A stretch of DNA of 44,247 bases, the filler included, from Sphacelaria rigidula (taxonomy: Eukaryota), in NCBI GenBank assembly GCA_964200075.2. It is 2 parts of 2 records of this genome, joined end to end, with 100 filler letters (N's around TTAATTAATTAA, not from the genome) between each part and the next. Parts side by side here need not be neighbours in the genome. Positions count along the whole stretch, not along the records: positions 22,177 to 44,247 come from CAXNAA020000358.1; 1 more part is not named here. One strand, 5' to 3'. Under the pieces are notes generated by a model. It did no database searches and was not told the DNA's origin. It was given only the letters and a program-made list of their open reading frames with translations. Shown in pieces: positions 22,252 to 33,896 of the stretch (position 1 is its first letter; every line of letters begins with the position of its first letter). The position numbers and the translations under genes are program-made.

Positions 22252-23901
22252 AGGTCCCAAAGGGGGTCTGAACTGCCTGGCGAAAGGGCTGGCACACTCC
22301 TTTCAGATATGATACGTGACAGCTGTGGGGGTACTTGGGGAACATCGTTCGAAATGAAACATGTAGAATACTACTCAGGGGTACTGTAGTACATATTTCC
22401 CTGGTCAGAATCGCGGATTCCTTGCTTGAACGGCTTGTACCCGTTACAATGGACGATTGCTTCCTGACATAACCATCCGTCACTTCGGGACTTTCCCTGC
22501 GCGCTAACACTAACCCCCGTGGGCCCAGCTGATCGGAAACACACTGCGGAAGCGCAGAAGTTCAGGGGTGAAGGGTTCATAAATGAAGCTGGTAGTCCCG
22601 CTCCAGACGTCTGGCTCATATATCCCGCGCTAGCTTGCTCGACTCCGTGAGTCAATTCCCACCGCTGGAATTGCTGCCGGCACCCTCTTCCTGGAGGACA
22701 GACGCCGTTCGTGTTTGAGCAAGTCATATTGATACGCCAAACCAGAGTCCGTTCGACTCCACAAGCCCTACAAGCACGTGGTTGATATTTCTAAGCTCTA
22801 GCGACGAAACGTATCTGACAACATCAGTCCAGGACCAAGGGGCGCTCCTGCTCTGAGGTTAGCGATCCACTCCAGTGCTGCTGCCGCTCTCGGACTGTGT
22901 AGGTGACGCTGTCTCCCACGCCCAAGGACTGTGTGTTGAGTCGCAATTCTCGAGACATTACAGTGGCTTCTGTATGGCGGAAATACCCCGCTCATCACCA
23001 GATCTAGACATTATCTACCCTCCAAAGCACGATATTCGGTTCGGTGGCCGCTGCGATTCGAAGAGTACTATTGCCGAAATTTAATTGATCTCGCTCGCGG
23101 TGTTTTATCACCCGTCACTCGTAGCAGATCTTTGTCCGCCCTTGAAATTCCTGCGGCCGGTGGCACACGAGTTTCATCACCACCGACGCAAGCCCGATCG
23201 CTCGCGTATATATCTCCCTCATCGGTGACACTTTTGCTGTGAATAGATGCTTGCAGTACAGTATTTCAGCATCTCTGCTGTTGAAACAGTATACCGTTGC
23301 TCAGGTTTCAATGTTCATCATGTGGCACGTGCAAAGAGACCGACTCTCACCCCATTTGCCGTACCCACCCTACTAACCCCACGTGTCCTTGAAGACAGCA
23401 CGGACTCTACTGGGAAACACCATTTATATCGGCCACCTCCGCAGTAGACGCGGTACAAGTGAGGTAGTGCGGCACACAGCACAGGGGCCAGACGCGTCCC
23501 TGGTCTGTATTCACTTCTGGTCCAAATGAACCCATCGCTCGAGAAACAGACCGAAGTCACTTTAGCTTCTCTGCGTCTCTTCGGTGCACGCAAAAGTCGG
23601 CTCGTTGCCTCTGCAAGGGCGGCAGCATGAACAGGTGCACCCCCCGTTCTCGAAGCTTGCTGACACTTGCTTTCCGCGCCATGCTTGTTAAACGCACGTC
23701 CTAAGTTTAATTGACTCTATTCTTAAAGGCGAACTGGCTCGACTATCATCCACCTCATGCACAACGATAGAAGCTGGCCAACCACAGCCCTTGATCACAT
23801 CGTGATGATCTGTGAGCGCAAGGGGATTCAATCACCATCTTTGCTGCTTTCACTCCTGCCCCTACTTCTGGCGCCGGTGCTGCTGCGGCTGCTGGTGCTT
23901 C

Positions 23902-24037
23902 TCAGGCCGACATCCAGTCGTGCTGGACCAGAGTCACGCATACTTGGTGCGCTTTTCGGGTGCCGGGAGTTAGTAGCTTCGGGGGCGTCACGTCCGCTTG
24001 CAGTCCATCCGTCGTCAGGCTGTCCAGCAATATTCGA
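23902..24037 (-). CDS. DUF2358 + SOUL protein, terminal exon
   Basis: Acceptor ctcag|T (phase 2 match). Encodes RILLDSLTTDGLQADVTPPKLLTPGTRKAHQVCVTLVQHDWMSA*, with L..AL..DGL and the final beta strand typical of SOUL C-termini. Confidence 0.72.
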
Positions 24038-25443
24038 CTGAGATATATATTTCCGAAAAGAAGACAGATGGCAATGAAACCGACTTTCTGTATCCAACAA
24101 GTGATTATCGCACATGAACTATGATAGTTCACTACGAATCCAGCCGTGGTCGCAATATACACGTAGCCCGAAAAGAAAAAGCAGAGGCTCGCTGAATAAA
24201 AATGGAGAAAAGGTCCAACACGAAACTAAAAGGAAATGGGGGCAATGCAGACAGGATAGACTGGCACGAACGCCAGGCTAATTGAAACAAAGATTTGCCC
24301 GCAGGAAGAAATGGGAAGCCCCTGCCCAGGCTTCAAGCCAGGCTTCAACCAGGATGCCCTACAAGAAGCAAACCCACGAGAGCGGGTTGCAACTTAGATA
24401 TCTGGAGACCGAACCTATGCGGCAAGCTATCAACAAGTATACGCGATACGAACGTCAAAATCTAAACGAAGAAACGTGCACGAGGAAATTCAGGACGATC
24501 GTCGTCGGCTACCAGCGGTCAAGGGTCGTGGGATTTACTTAGAGACCGCAACCCGAAACCAGAGGAGAAAGAGGCGGGAAAAAGGAGGAACGAGCATCAT
24601 GAGAATAACAACAACAACAACGACAACAACAACAACACTTGACCCCTTCACGAGTAATGTTCACCACACCATGTCACACCAGCGAAGCGCGCTAACAAGG
24701 GCGATGGTTGACAAGCACCCTTGCCGGCCTCTCCATTACTGAGGAGCAGCCGCGTTTTAGCCCACGCTGCAATATTGATGAACACCAATGCAGCCAATCA
24801 TGCAACGTCAGTCTTCCTCAGACGCTCAGACAGCGGTATGCTAATGCCTATGGTCCAGAAGGGAGGTTGAACCACTGTAAACCTGTGCAATGGGCACATT
24901 GCTCCAATGTTAGGGCCCAACGTGCGTTCTGGCTTTGCAACATTTCCCGGTGTCGAGAATTATGTAAGCATCTTGCTGATTTTGCAAGTTATCTGCTTGA
25001 CGGAGCGTCATGGTATGTACGGCTGGCCACTCTCATGTGTGGCAAAAATTGAGTGGGTAGCTACCGAAATCAAGTCCCGTCCATCGATTGGGAAAATGGT
25101 AACCACCGGCCAGTATAGGCGGATCGCGTGGGTTCGACTTCCGGGAGGGCACCGGTCAGCAAAAACAAAAAAAAAACGACGACAGTCGATGGGAAGCGAA
25201 AATGTTGATCAACTACTCGACAACAAATATTGCAGGAGAGTATCGGAGGAGAGATGGATGGATTGATCACCCCACAAGTACGGACTCGGCCTAAGAAGGA
25301 CGGGGGGGGAAAACAACAGAAAAAGAGAAGGCGCAGCACACGACACTCTCAGAAGTGTGTTTCGGTCTCGTTTCGTCCGCGGCGTCATTCCAAACGTGGA
25401 GAGACTCGCAAAGTGCCTATTGCAGGATTGAGCCGAAAGAACA

Positions 25444-25695
25444 CTGTACTGGACGAATAATGATAACGATTTGTACGTGAATGACTTAGCTATAGTGTCA
25501 CTCGTTCGTACGGTACGAATCAATCCTTGGGCTTTGTTTTCAGCATTGCACCCAAGGCACGCGGAAAAGCGCAAAATGTTCGCAGGGGCGTTTGTGACCT
25601 ATGGTCAAATAGTTTCACTCTCGGTCGAGCAATCAGGCCTCAAAAATCGTAGATTCGGATATTTGAAGCAGCAGCGATGAACCGTCCGATCCTTG
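25444..25695 (+). mobile_element. Older hAT-type MITE family C copy
   Basis: TTCGTACGGTACGAATCAATC..GCTTTGTTTTCAGC..TCAGGCCTCAAAAATCGTAGATT is shared with the other family C copies. Confidence 0.7.
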
Positions 25696-25881
25696 ACAAC
25701 ATATACAAGAAATCTTTGATTCGTGAACAACCCCTACGACCCTCTACTGTGAGCCTGGCTGGATCGCCTTCGTTCTGGAAGGATCGCAAAAAGTCACATC
25801 TTCAGCGCTATGATCACCGACTTCCACTTAGAACCCTACCAGATCACACGACCGTACACTACAGAAGCAAAGATCACGCAC

Positions 25882-25988
25882 CTATTCATCGCCGTAGCCT
25901 CGGGCGTGGCTTCACCATCGAACTCCCGAAAAGCTACCACTGTAGCTGCCACAATACCGGAAGATGCTCCGCGCTCGGCACCGCCCGC
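25882..25988 (-). CDS. DUF2358 + SOUL protein, exon
   Basis: Acceptor gacag|GCG and donor AG|gtgcgt. Encodes AGGAERGASSGIVAATVVAFREFDGEATPEATAMN, matching the SOUL VAV..F.G.A motif. Confidence 0.72.
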
Positions 25989-25997
25989 CTGTCGCAC

Positions 25998-26061
25998 ATC
26001 GCAATCGTATGGTGAAGTGCAATAGGAAAATCGCAATCGTATGGTGAAGTGCAATAGGAAA
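25998..26061. repeat. Perfect 32-bp tandem duplication just upstream of the minus-strand acceptor
   Basis: ATCGCAATCGTATGGTGAAGTGCAATAGGAAA twice. Confidence 0.95.
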
Positions 26062-26198
26062 TAGACCAGGTGTCACACCACTGCCCAAGATGATGTGGTG
26101 AGCCGCACAACGACAGCGAACCTCACAAGAGTGCAGCTGTTGTTAAACCGGCAATATTTGCACAGAACTGAACGGTAAGTGCTGAGACAAGACATATT

Positions 26199-26247
<49 letters not shown>
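26199..26247. repeat. (GTT)n microsatellite
   Basis: Directly visible. Confidence 0.95.
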
Positions 26248-28667
26248 CTTCACATTAAAAACCGTTCGGATACCTGCGCTGCACTTTCTTACTGGGCATC
26301 TGATGCGAACGCCTTCCGCGGTCACAGGGTAGCTACCTATAGTAAGGTATGAGGAAATCAAACAAATATATATATATGTATAAAAATGCATGGGACATTC
26401 CTGTGAAACAGTTTACATCCCCAGTTTCTGCAATCAAAACTGAAGTGGCTTTCATGTGTGACAACCATTTTACAACACTCACGACCGGTAAAATCGTGAA
26501 CGAAAAATGACATATGCACATGAAATCTTCAAACAATAGCAGGCTGACTCATTCGGCAGGTTGGCCGCTCAGTGATCAACCTCACATCGCGTATACACGT
26601 ACCAGATGGAATGAGAAAATTGATTATCTTCTCGTGAGTGTGAAGCAAAATAAATGTATTTAGGCCGACAAAAAATGTTGTAAGAATCACTTTTGAAAGC
26701 GTTAACCCTTTGTTTGCGTGCCTCGCCTCCAGACAGTTTCGCCGGCTAAGAATCCAGGGACGTCCCGGAGCTTCAAGGGGGCGGGGGGGTCTGACAGAGG
26801 GTGGGTGCCTGTTCCCAGAACAGCCGGAAAGCTCATGCAGTCAACCATTTATGTCTCGAAGTTTCCCGCGAAAAATTTCAAGCACGGCAGGGAACGAGGC
26901 CCGAGCGGAGGCGAGTGACCATTTCCTGCTGGTAATCTTCGCCGCCTGCCTGACCCTTGTTGTTGCAAGCATCGCTTCACACTGTCCTTAGTGGTGTTAA
27001 ACACTAAGCAGACATCTGGAGTGTGCACTAGACTTTGTTCGGTGGAGAGCAATGGCTCGCTGACTCCGGCTTACCGTTGTATCCAGCCATTGATTGTGAA
27101 AAACGTTTGTATGCACGGCAGAGTAGCAGCAGCAGCTGGAGCAGCACCGGTAGCTTAAAGACGGGAAAAAAATGAACTGCAGTCAAGACGAGGCGACATA
27201 CGCGTAAGATCAAAACACTCTCGAGGTGCACCAGCCCCGCCGCGGCAATACACCGTGTTCAGTGGAGTGCAATGGGCCGCTTACTGCTTTATACCGTCGT
27301 ATTCAGTCGCTCGCCGATGGACAAAGAACGGTAGAGTAGCAGCAGTGCAGGCCTGGTACAGACAGTACAATGGAATACAACTGAGACGATGCGTCTTGCT
27401 TGCACGATGAAAACACGCACAAGGTGGCCAAGCCCTGCCTGGAAAGGACTACTGCGAGAGCGTACATACGAGGAGAAGATGCATGTTGCTTGCGTACATC
27501 GCAGTGGCAGCTGCCAGCGTGCGCCATTTGCAACCTATAAAGGCATGTACCCCGCGGAAACACTGTACTTAATGACTCTGCACGCACACGCACATGACTC
27601 GTGACTCAAAACCGTTCAGGTATTCATCGGGACTGTTTTTTATGTACATGCCCAACATCCACATCTTCATGAAAAGAGGCTTTTTCTTTCGAACTAAAAC
27701 CGTTTTGAAACCCAGGTATGGCATAGTCCATCCATCTGAGTCCACCCGTGGGAGCGCTCGCGGTCAAACGGTTAAGTCGTTTTCAGGGCTCACATTGTCA
27801 AGTTGAGAAAACAGATCGGAACCCTGCGATTCCCATACTCGTGAGGGGCTGCGGGGTGGGGCAGAGCAAATTTTATTGAAAAGCATCCCCAACTCCACGA
27901 ACGTAGCACAATGGCGACGAGGTGATTGACACAGATGGCTATTGATTGTTACAACCAGTCATCACACCACGGGGCATTAGGTGTTCCACCCCAAGGAATC
28001 GTAGCACCAAGCTGGTTGGACTGGCACTATGGCAACAGACCTCGGTGCCGTGGGAGGGCGGAGGGACAGAGGGGCATGGGGTACTACATCGTACAGTTGG
28101 GTACACACAGCACAGCGGCAACAAAATGCGATCAAGTGGCCACCAGCAGTGATCGAAGTGCTGGGGTGAAGTCATCCACCCCACGAAACCCTCCGCTTTA
28201 GCGGGATGAGCTGGATTTCAGAGTTGGGAGATGAGCTGGCGGATCTCAGTGCCTTGGGGGTCAAGCGTCCTCATTATGTGGGGGTACAGACAGTGGGGAA
28301 CGGTACGGTAGTGACTGCACGATGAACACACATACACAGGAGGAAACATCTTTTGCAGGCAAACGCGCAGCATAACGGTGATAGGTTGTTGGTACACGAG
28401 TGACCAGCAGCTATCAAACCGTGGGGGGTGCGTTAATCCACGCCACGCAACCCCCGCCTACAAGCGGCATGGGGTGATGTCGAACGTTGGGGTCGGGAAG
28501 CGGGCCGTCGCGCCGTGAAACAGGAATTCACTCTTGTTCCCTTGCTGGTGTACTTGTTCATCTTAGGATTTCCGCAAGGCGGTACACCCGGGTGCGTCGT
28601 GAATCTCAGTCAAAACCTGCCAACTTTCTGCCGTTACTCAAACCATGTCATCCCAACTTTCGATTAA

Positions 28668-28786
28668 CCCTTTTGGAACCCATTGACGACTTTTGTTTTT
28701 GCGAATCGGCATCATTTTGACTTTAAAATGAGTGAGAATGGTGTAGATTGACAAAAAAGAAAAATCGTCAATGAGTTCCAAAAGGG
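28668..28786. mobile_element. 119-bp piggyBac-type MITE
   Basis: TTAA|CCCTTTTGGAACCCATTGACGACTTTT ... AAAATCGTCAATGAGTTCCAAAAGGG|CTAA, with long TIRs and a TTAA/CTAA TSD. Confidence 0.8.
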
Positions 28787-30229
28787 CTAAACGTTTTTCG
28801 TGTTGGCTGATGATTGTTCCTGGGTTGGAAAGTAGTTTTCAAGCTCGCAATTTTCACGCTTACACCTTCTTTTCTTTTCGTTCTTCTGAAAGTGTTCGTT
28901 ATTTCCTCAATATACTGCGTGGAGAAAATTTACATTTCGACAGGCAAGCTGGGGACACGCAGACTATGCTACATGTAGAGCATGAAAAATGACGCCGACA
29001 AAGACAGAAAAAAATCAGGCACCTCGAGATGGTAAAACACCAACAACCATGTGAGAGGTAAGCTGGATCCTCTGTACGGCTGGATGGGTTACACTTGCAA
29101 AATACCTTGCCATAGCTGTTTTGGCGGCTGAGATGATGAGTGAATGACTTGTTTTTTTCTTCGCAGTACGTTCAGTTGAATACTTCGCTGCCTCGGTTGA
29201 GCGACACAGTGGAACTTTCCTTCTCGTAAACATCCCAGTTGTGCCGTGACTGAGAACTGCCAAGCCGGGCGGTAAAAGCACAAAACAAGGCAAGCCGGAA
29301 ACCCCGCGAAGCATACATTTCACGACCGGCGAAACATTCCAGGCTACATAAGGCATCAACCTACGAAGAGGTCAGCACTGCTACTCGGAAACAGACTTGC
29401 CTTTATCCGCAAAGATCGTCGATTTGGTTAAGTCGTCGTCTCGTATGAGCTGACGGACAAATCTTAACGTGGCCAAAGGCAAGAAGATGTCCCCAAGGAA
29501 AATACACCAACTTCCGCTGAGCGAAACTCAAGGGAAAAAGGGAAGAGAAGAAAACAAAATTAAGGGGCAAGATCAAAATCAACGAAACAAGAATAGAAGG
29601 AGGCAAACGTAGACCGACAGACCTCGGGCGAAGAACAGACCAGAGAGGATCCCCGACAGGCCGCCTATTGTGCTGCCGACTAAAGAGAAGCATCGGCAAG
29701 CGTCAGGGCACGACGTTAAGCAGATGAATACGCACATATATGCCACTCTCCTTTGTCAACCCTTCGAACGCTCGTGCTTTCTGTTCTAAACAATTGTCCG
29801 CGGCCAGTCCCACGAGCGTTGTGGAGGGTTGTCCTCGTAGGTGTAGACGGGAGCGTGAAAAGGATGTTGCGAGAGACAACGGTTGACGTCGCTTGGCGTG
29901 CAGCAGCCTTCACACCTTTTGATCGTCGAAGTGCGTCATCTGGCGATTGCACTGGAGATGATGCGGACTCGACAGATTTGTCTACTCTGACGCTCAAAGG
30001 TTTTCATTCCTACGCTTAAAGGCGTAAGGTGCACATATTCCTGCTCTTGCATAATTCTGCTGCCCTTGCTGACATCTTCGTACACAAATGACAATACGCA
30101 CAGCTGGTCGACTGCCGCTGCTGTTTTGCTGTACTGAGGTGACAAATAATGTGTTGCTGGCCGCGGTTGTGCGCAAGTAAATGAGTTCTGTTTGCCTCTT
30201 TTTTCTTGTTTAGTTACTCCGCATATCAT

Positions 30230-30700
30230 ATCTTCCTTTTTCCCCTCTTCTTGACTATTCTTCGGCGAGTGTGTCCGGTGTGCCTATCTCGGGTGCGTCT
30301 ATCTTGTGTCGAATGACAACGGCTGGATCTCCATCTACGGGGATCCGTTATTGTGCGAAAACCAATCAATTGATCGAATCAATCGGCTATGATGCGCAAC
30401 ATACCGCGTGGCAACGGTAGTAACGGCCTTTCCTATGCGGGCGCTGTCTCTCCACTGCGAAAACCTGTCCCAGACCCTTTCCAAAGTCCTGCCCGTCTAG
30501 CATCCAATGAAGGGTCCGGATCAGCGGTTACAGGGTCGTCGGTATTATAACGGCATTGATTGATTGATCGTCGAACTTTAACTGACCCCCCAGGTAGTCA
30601 TGATCCAGCCGTGGTAACATGATAGACGTACCCGAGACAAGACAAAACTGGAGTACTCGCTGAAGAAAAAAAGATAAATAGAGAAGGTAGAACAGAACAA
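30230..30700. repeat. Inverted pair of dispersed repeat family D (~150-bp arms); related copies at ~24100-24210 and ~37490-37620
   Basis: ATCCAGCCGT..GATAGACG(T/C)ACCCGAGA..ACTCGC(T/C)GAAGAA occurs on + at ~30600-30670 and as reverse complement at ~30255-30330. Confidence 0.7.
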
Positions 30701-31085
30701 CAGAGTATACTAGGAAAACAAAAGAGGAGAGAGAAACAAGAAGGAAAATAAAAAAATAAAAAATAAATCTAGCTGAGCATACAACTGTCGAGGGCACGCC
30801 AGCAGAACGTTCGCACAAAGGTGAAGGGTGAACCGAGCGCTGGGGCAAACGTATGGCCGATGTAACCTCATCTTCACAGTTTCAGAATATATGCTAGAGA
30901 AGGAGTCCGCTGATTCGACGTGGGGCCTGGGGATCATTTCCAGCAGCTAGGATAAGTGTGTGAAATTTGAGTGTACCCTTGATTCCATTGCGAGACTACA
31001 GATTGCAGCTCAAAATCGGACTTTACATAAGTCGTGTGCTGTCGACCGCACGCACTCAGTGCACGGTTTCCATCGCTTCGCGCGC

Positions 31086-31257
31086 CGTAGGGACATCAAG
31101 GGAGTCTGTGAAAGGCACATGCGCCTCCAAGGCCTTGTATATATCGCTCGTGGAGTGGGTACGGTGCTCCACGTAGGGCCATCAAAGGAGTTTGCGCAAG
31201 GCACATGCGCCTCCAAGGCCTTGTATATGTCGCTCGTGGAGTGGGTACGGTGCTCCG
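31086..31257. repeat. 86-bp tandem duplication
   Basis: AAGGCACATGCGCCTCCAAGGCCTTGTATAT(A/G)TCGCTCGTGGAGTGGGTACGGTGCTCC at 31112 and 31198. Confidence 0.92.
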
Positions 31258-31497
31258 CAAGTGCTTGAATACTTTCGTGCTTGAATAACTGCAAGATGTG
31301 ACTCCATCCCTAATACCTACACGCAAAGAGCGAATGCTGACGTCACCTCTGTAGAACGTTCGGCAACTGATTAGTATCATGAATTCCAGCTGCTTGTATC
31401 ATCGTAAGAAAACAACGTACAGCAACATAAATTCCAGCCAACCAACGGCCGTCGACAATGGTATTTTGCAGAGAACGAGGACGTAAATTCATCACAC

Positions 31498-31649
31498 CTC
31501 ATATAGCCGAACTTCGTAGTCCTTAGCTCGACGAAGCAGCTGCCCCACTGATCCGCCTCGCCCACCGGGCGCCTGCTCCGCTGCCTTCGGTAACACTTGC
31601 CCCAAAAAATCCTTGACACCGTCTAGCGGACTCACGGGTTGATACCGAC
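31498..31649 (-). CDS. DUF2358 + SOUL protein, exon (linker and start of SOUL)
   Basis: Acceptor tctag|GT (phase 1 match) and donor GAG|gtgtga. Encodes GRYQPVSPLDGVKDFLGQVLPKAAEQAPGGRGGSVGQLLRRAKDYEVRLYE, with the SOUL N-terminal L.R...YEVR.Y motif. Confidence 0.85.
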
Positions 31650-31799
31650 CTAGATCCGACGCATCAGAGGGCGGGCATGGTGATGTTCTTGCTCAGGACT
31701 CTACCGCTACTACACGCCTGACATTGTTGACACGCTTGCCGGACGTGCGTGCCGTTCGACCGTCCGCGGGAAATGCGCAGTATACGAGTCCAGAGACAG

Positions 31800-32340
31800 G
31801 TACACGCAGCCCAAACACAAAATCTCGAAAAACATTTCGAGTAAACGTTGCAGTGCATTACAAAGGTCCTAAAACATTTTGATGGCAGGTGGTCACGTTC
31901 AGGTAGACCCTGGCCATTTCGGAGCGATTGCAGGCACAGCTCCGGCAGCAGTACACCCTCTCCCGAATACGGGCAATCTGATTGGCTGAGACGGGAGAAT
32001 ACCTGACTGCTACTGAAAACCCAGCACATGTACCTGAAAAAAGCGTTAAATATTTACCCGCGACTGTACCTACACCTCGAGGAGTACCTCAACGTGGCGA
32101 ACAACGAATACCGAAATATCGTTGGAACCTGACAATGAACTCCCGGAATGCAGGGAGACAGTTTTCCCGCCTCTTTGCCGCGTAAGTTTCGAATCTCGCA
32201 ACTGCGAGAACTGCGGAAAGATGCTCCGCACAAAGCAGTGCTGTACAACACAACACAGGTGCGAGACCGCCTCGGTGCTGGCGACCAGGAGACCTGTACA
32301 GTGAGATCAAGTGACACTCTCGAGGTGCCCTGTCTATTCT
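31800..32340 (+). mobile_element. Possible degraded IS630/Tc1-like transposase N-terminal (HTH) remnant
   Basis: Fragments KVLKHF..GHV and NIYPRLYLHLEEYLN resemble Tc1-type HTH regions. Many stops and weak similarity. Confidence 0.3.
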
Positions 32341-32449
32341 GAGCTGTAGTGTTATGCTCACAATACTAGTGACTCCTACCATGACTGTAGATTCGTTCAT
32401 GCCGTGACGAGCAAACCACGTATTTGACCTTGTACTCTTATTAGTAGAG

Positions 32450-33345
32450 TCCTCCCCCATTGGTCATTTTGAGGTAACTTATGAGAGCTGTCCGATGCGT
32501 GAATATTTTTCGCGCGAAGCTCGATTTTGGCCAGGCATTTTAACATCGGCACCCGATTTTGAACACTCGATCACAAAAGTGTTGCCTGTTTCGTCTTCCG
32601 CCCGCACCCATCATTTCTATGTTGTTATTGTCATTGAAGTGTAGTGCCTTTGAACCCTACGAGCACGATCTGATCTGCAGCATTTCTACAAGCGCTGAAG
32701 TGATGAAGTTTGCATTTTAGGTGGGAGAGGGGAGTAGGGCATAATTATTTCCCGAGTGGCCCGGGGATGATTGTACAGCATCCTCGGGTTCCGCATGGTA
32801 TCCCTGGCTGTTCAACTGCAGACCCCATTTTTTCGCCCTGAGGCGGGCACTTTCGGCCGCACTCTTCGTTGAATTCAGCGCGCGCCATGGATCACATACG
32901 GAGCGTGCTTTGGCTGTTAATATTGGTGACACACACGCGAAACTTGGTCAACCGAGCAACCAAACACCTCCGCGAAACCTTTGACCAATTTGTCGTTCGT
33001 TGCTCCTCTTTAGGAGCTCGTCGACCAACGCGCGCCTCTCCTTTTGATTGAGATTATTTCTGGGCACCATCCCAGCAGCGCCTCCAGCGACTGACAGGTC
33101 AATCCGAAGATCGGAAGGTCTTGACCCGGCGATTGTCGCGCGAGAGCTTTCTTCGTCCCTACTTCGGGTGCCGTTGTGGCGTACAACCATGTGCGATTTT
33201 CAAAAAACGAGAGATTTGACAGTCTCGCAATGACGTCGCCAAAACGATGGGAAAACGGATACAAAAAAAAAACGTTGAAATTGCAAGGATTATTTGTGCC
33301 GCATCGCTTGTCCAAATCATGCTTATATTTAGGGCCAGGTTGGTA
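32450..33345 (-). mobile_element. Internally deleted mariner-type element
   Basis: MVPRNNLNQKERRALVDELLKRSN..KG/FAEVFGCSVDQVSRV (mariner N-terminal HTH) is fused to GHSGNNYAL (C-terminal GGNNY.LPH-like). The right end TA|CCAACCTGGCCCTAAATATAAG resembles Stowaway-type TIRs. Left boundary uncertain. Confidence 0.65.
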
Positions 33346-33750
33346 CAGCGGAGCGTGTAACCACACAAACGATGTCATATTCCATGTACAATCGCCGCGC
33401 ATCTTTTCACCTCGTGCAACGCCGGCGGAATCCGAGCATTACAGAAGCTCTCGGTGTGAACAGTGTCGTCTGAAAGTAGTCCTACGTGGAGCGAAGGGCT
33501 GCCCACAGCCCATTCTCCGACACCGCCTCGGCTTGAGAAGTGATCTCGCACGGTTATTGGTATCTACAGTACCGGTGCTGCATTTCCCACTGCCGTGCAC
33601 GACAGCGCAGATTTCGTGTATTGATTATCACTTTGTCAACATTCGCTGTAAATACCGCACATATCCGAAATACTGATTCAATAAACAACGACAAGGTGCC
33701 AAGCGACGGCTCAATGCATGTGGCGACAAAAACACGTTTAACATATTCAC

Positions 33751-33896
33751 CGGCGACGAGGTTGACGGAGTCCCAGTAATCGTCTTGCTTCACAACCCGC
33801 GCTTGCGCGTCGATAGTGTAGTCGCTGATCCCCGTGAAGCACGGCACAGGCTGCCACGGCAAGGCTTTGAAGCAGACCGTCAATGTCCACCTCGTC
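33751..33896 (-). CDS. DUF2358 + SOUL protein, exon (DUF2358 C-terminal half)
   Basis: Acceptor cgcag|G (phase 2 match) and donor G|gtgaat. Encodes TRWTLTVCFKALPWQPVPCFTGISDYTIDAQARVVKQDDYWDSVNLVA. Confidence 0.9.

Noticed and set aside
28480-28616. Possible missing SOUL exon (IPVSRRDGPLPDPN, minus strand)
   Set aside because: All three frames from the cag acceptor hit stops, and no clean acceptor/donor pair keeps this frame.
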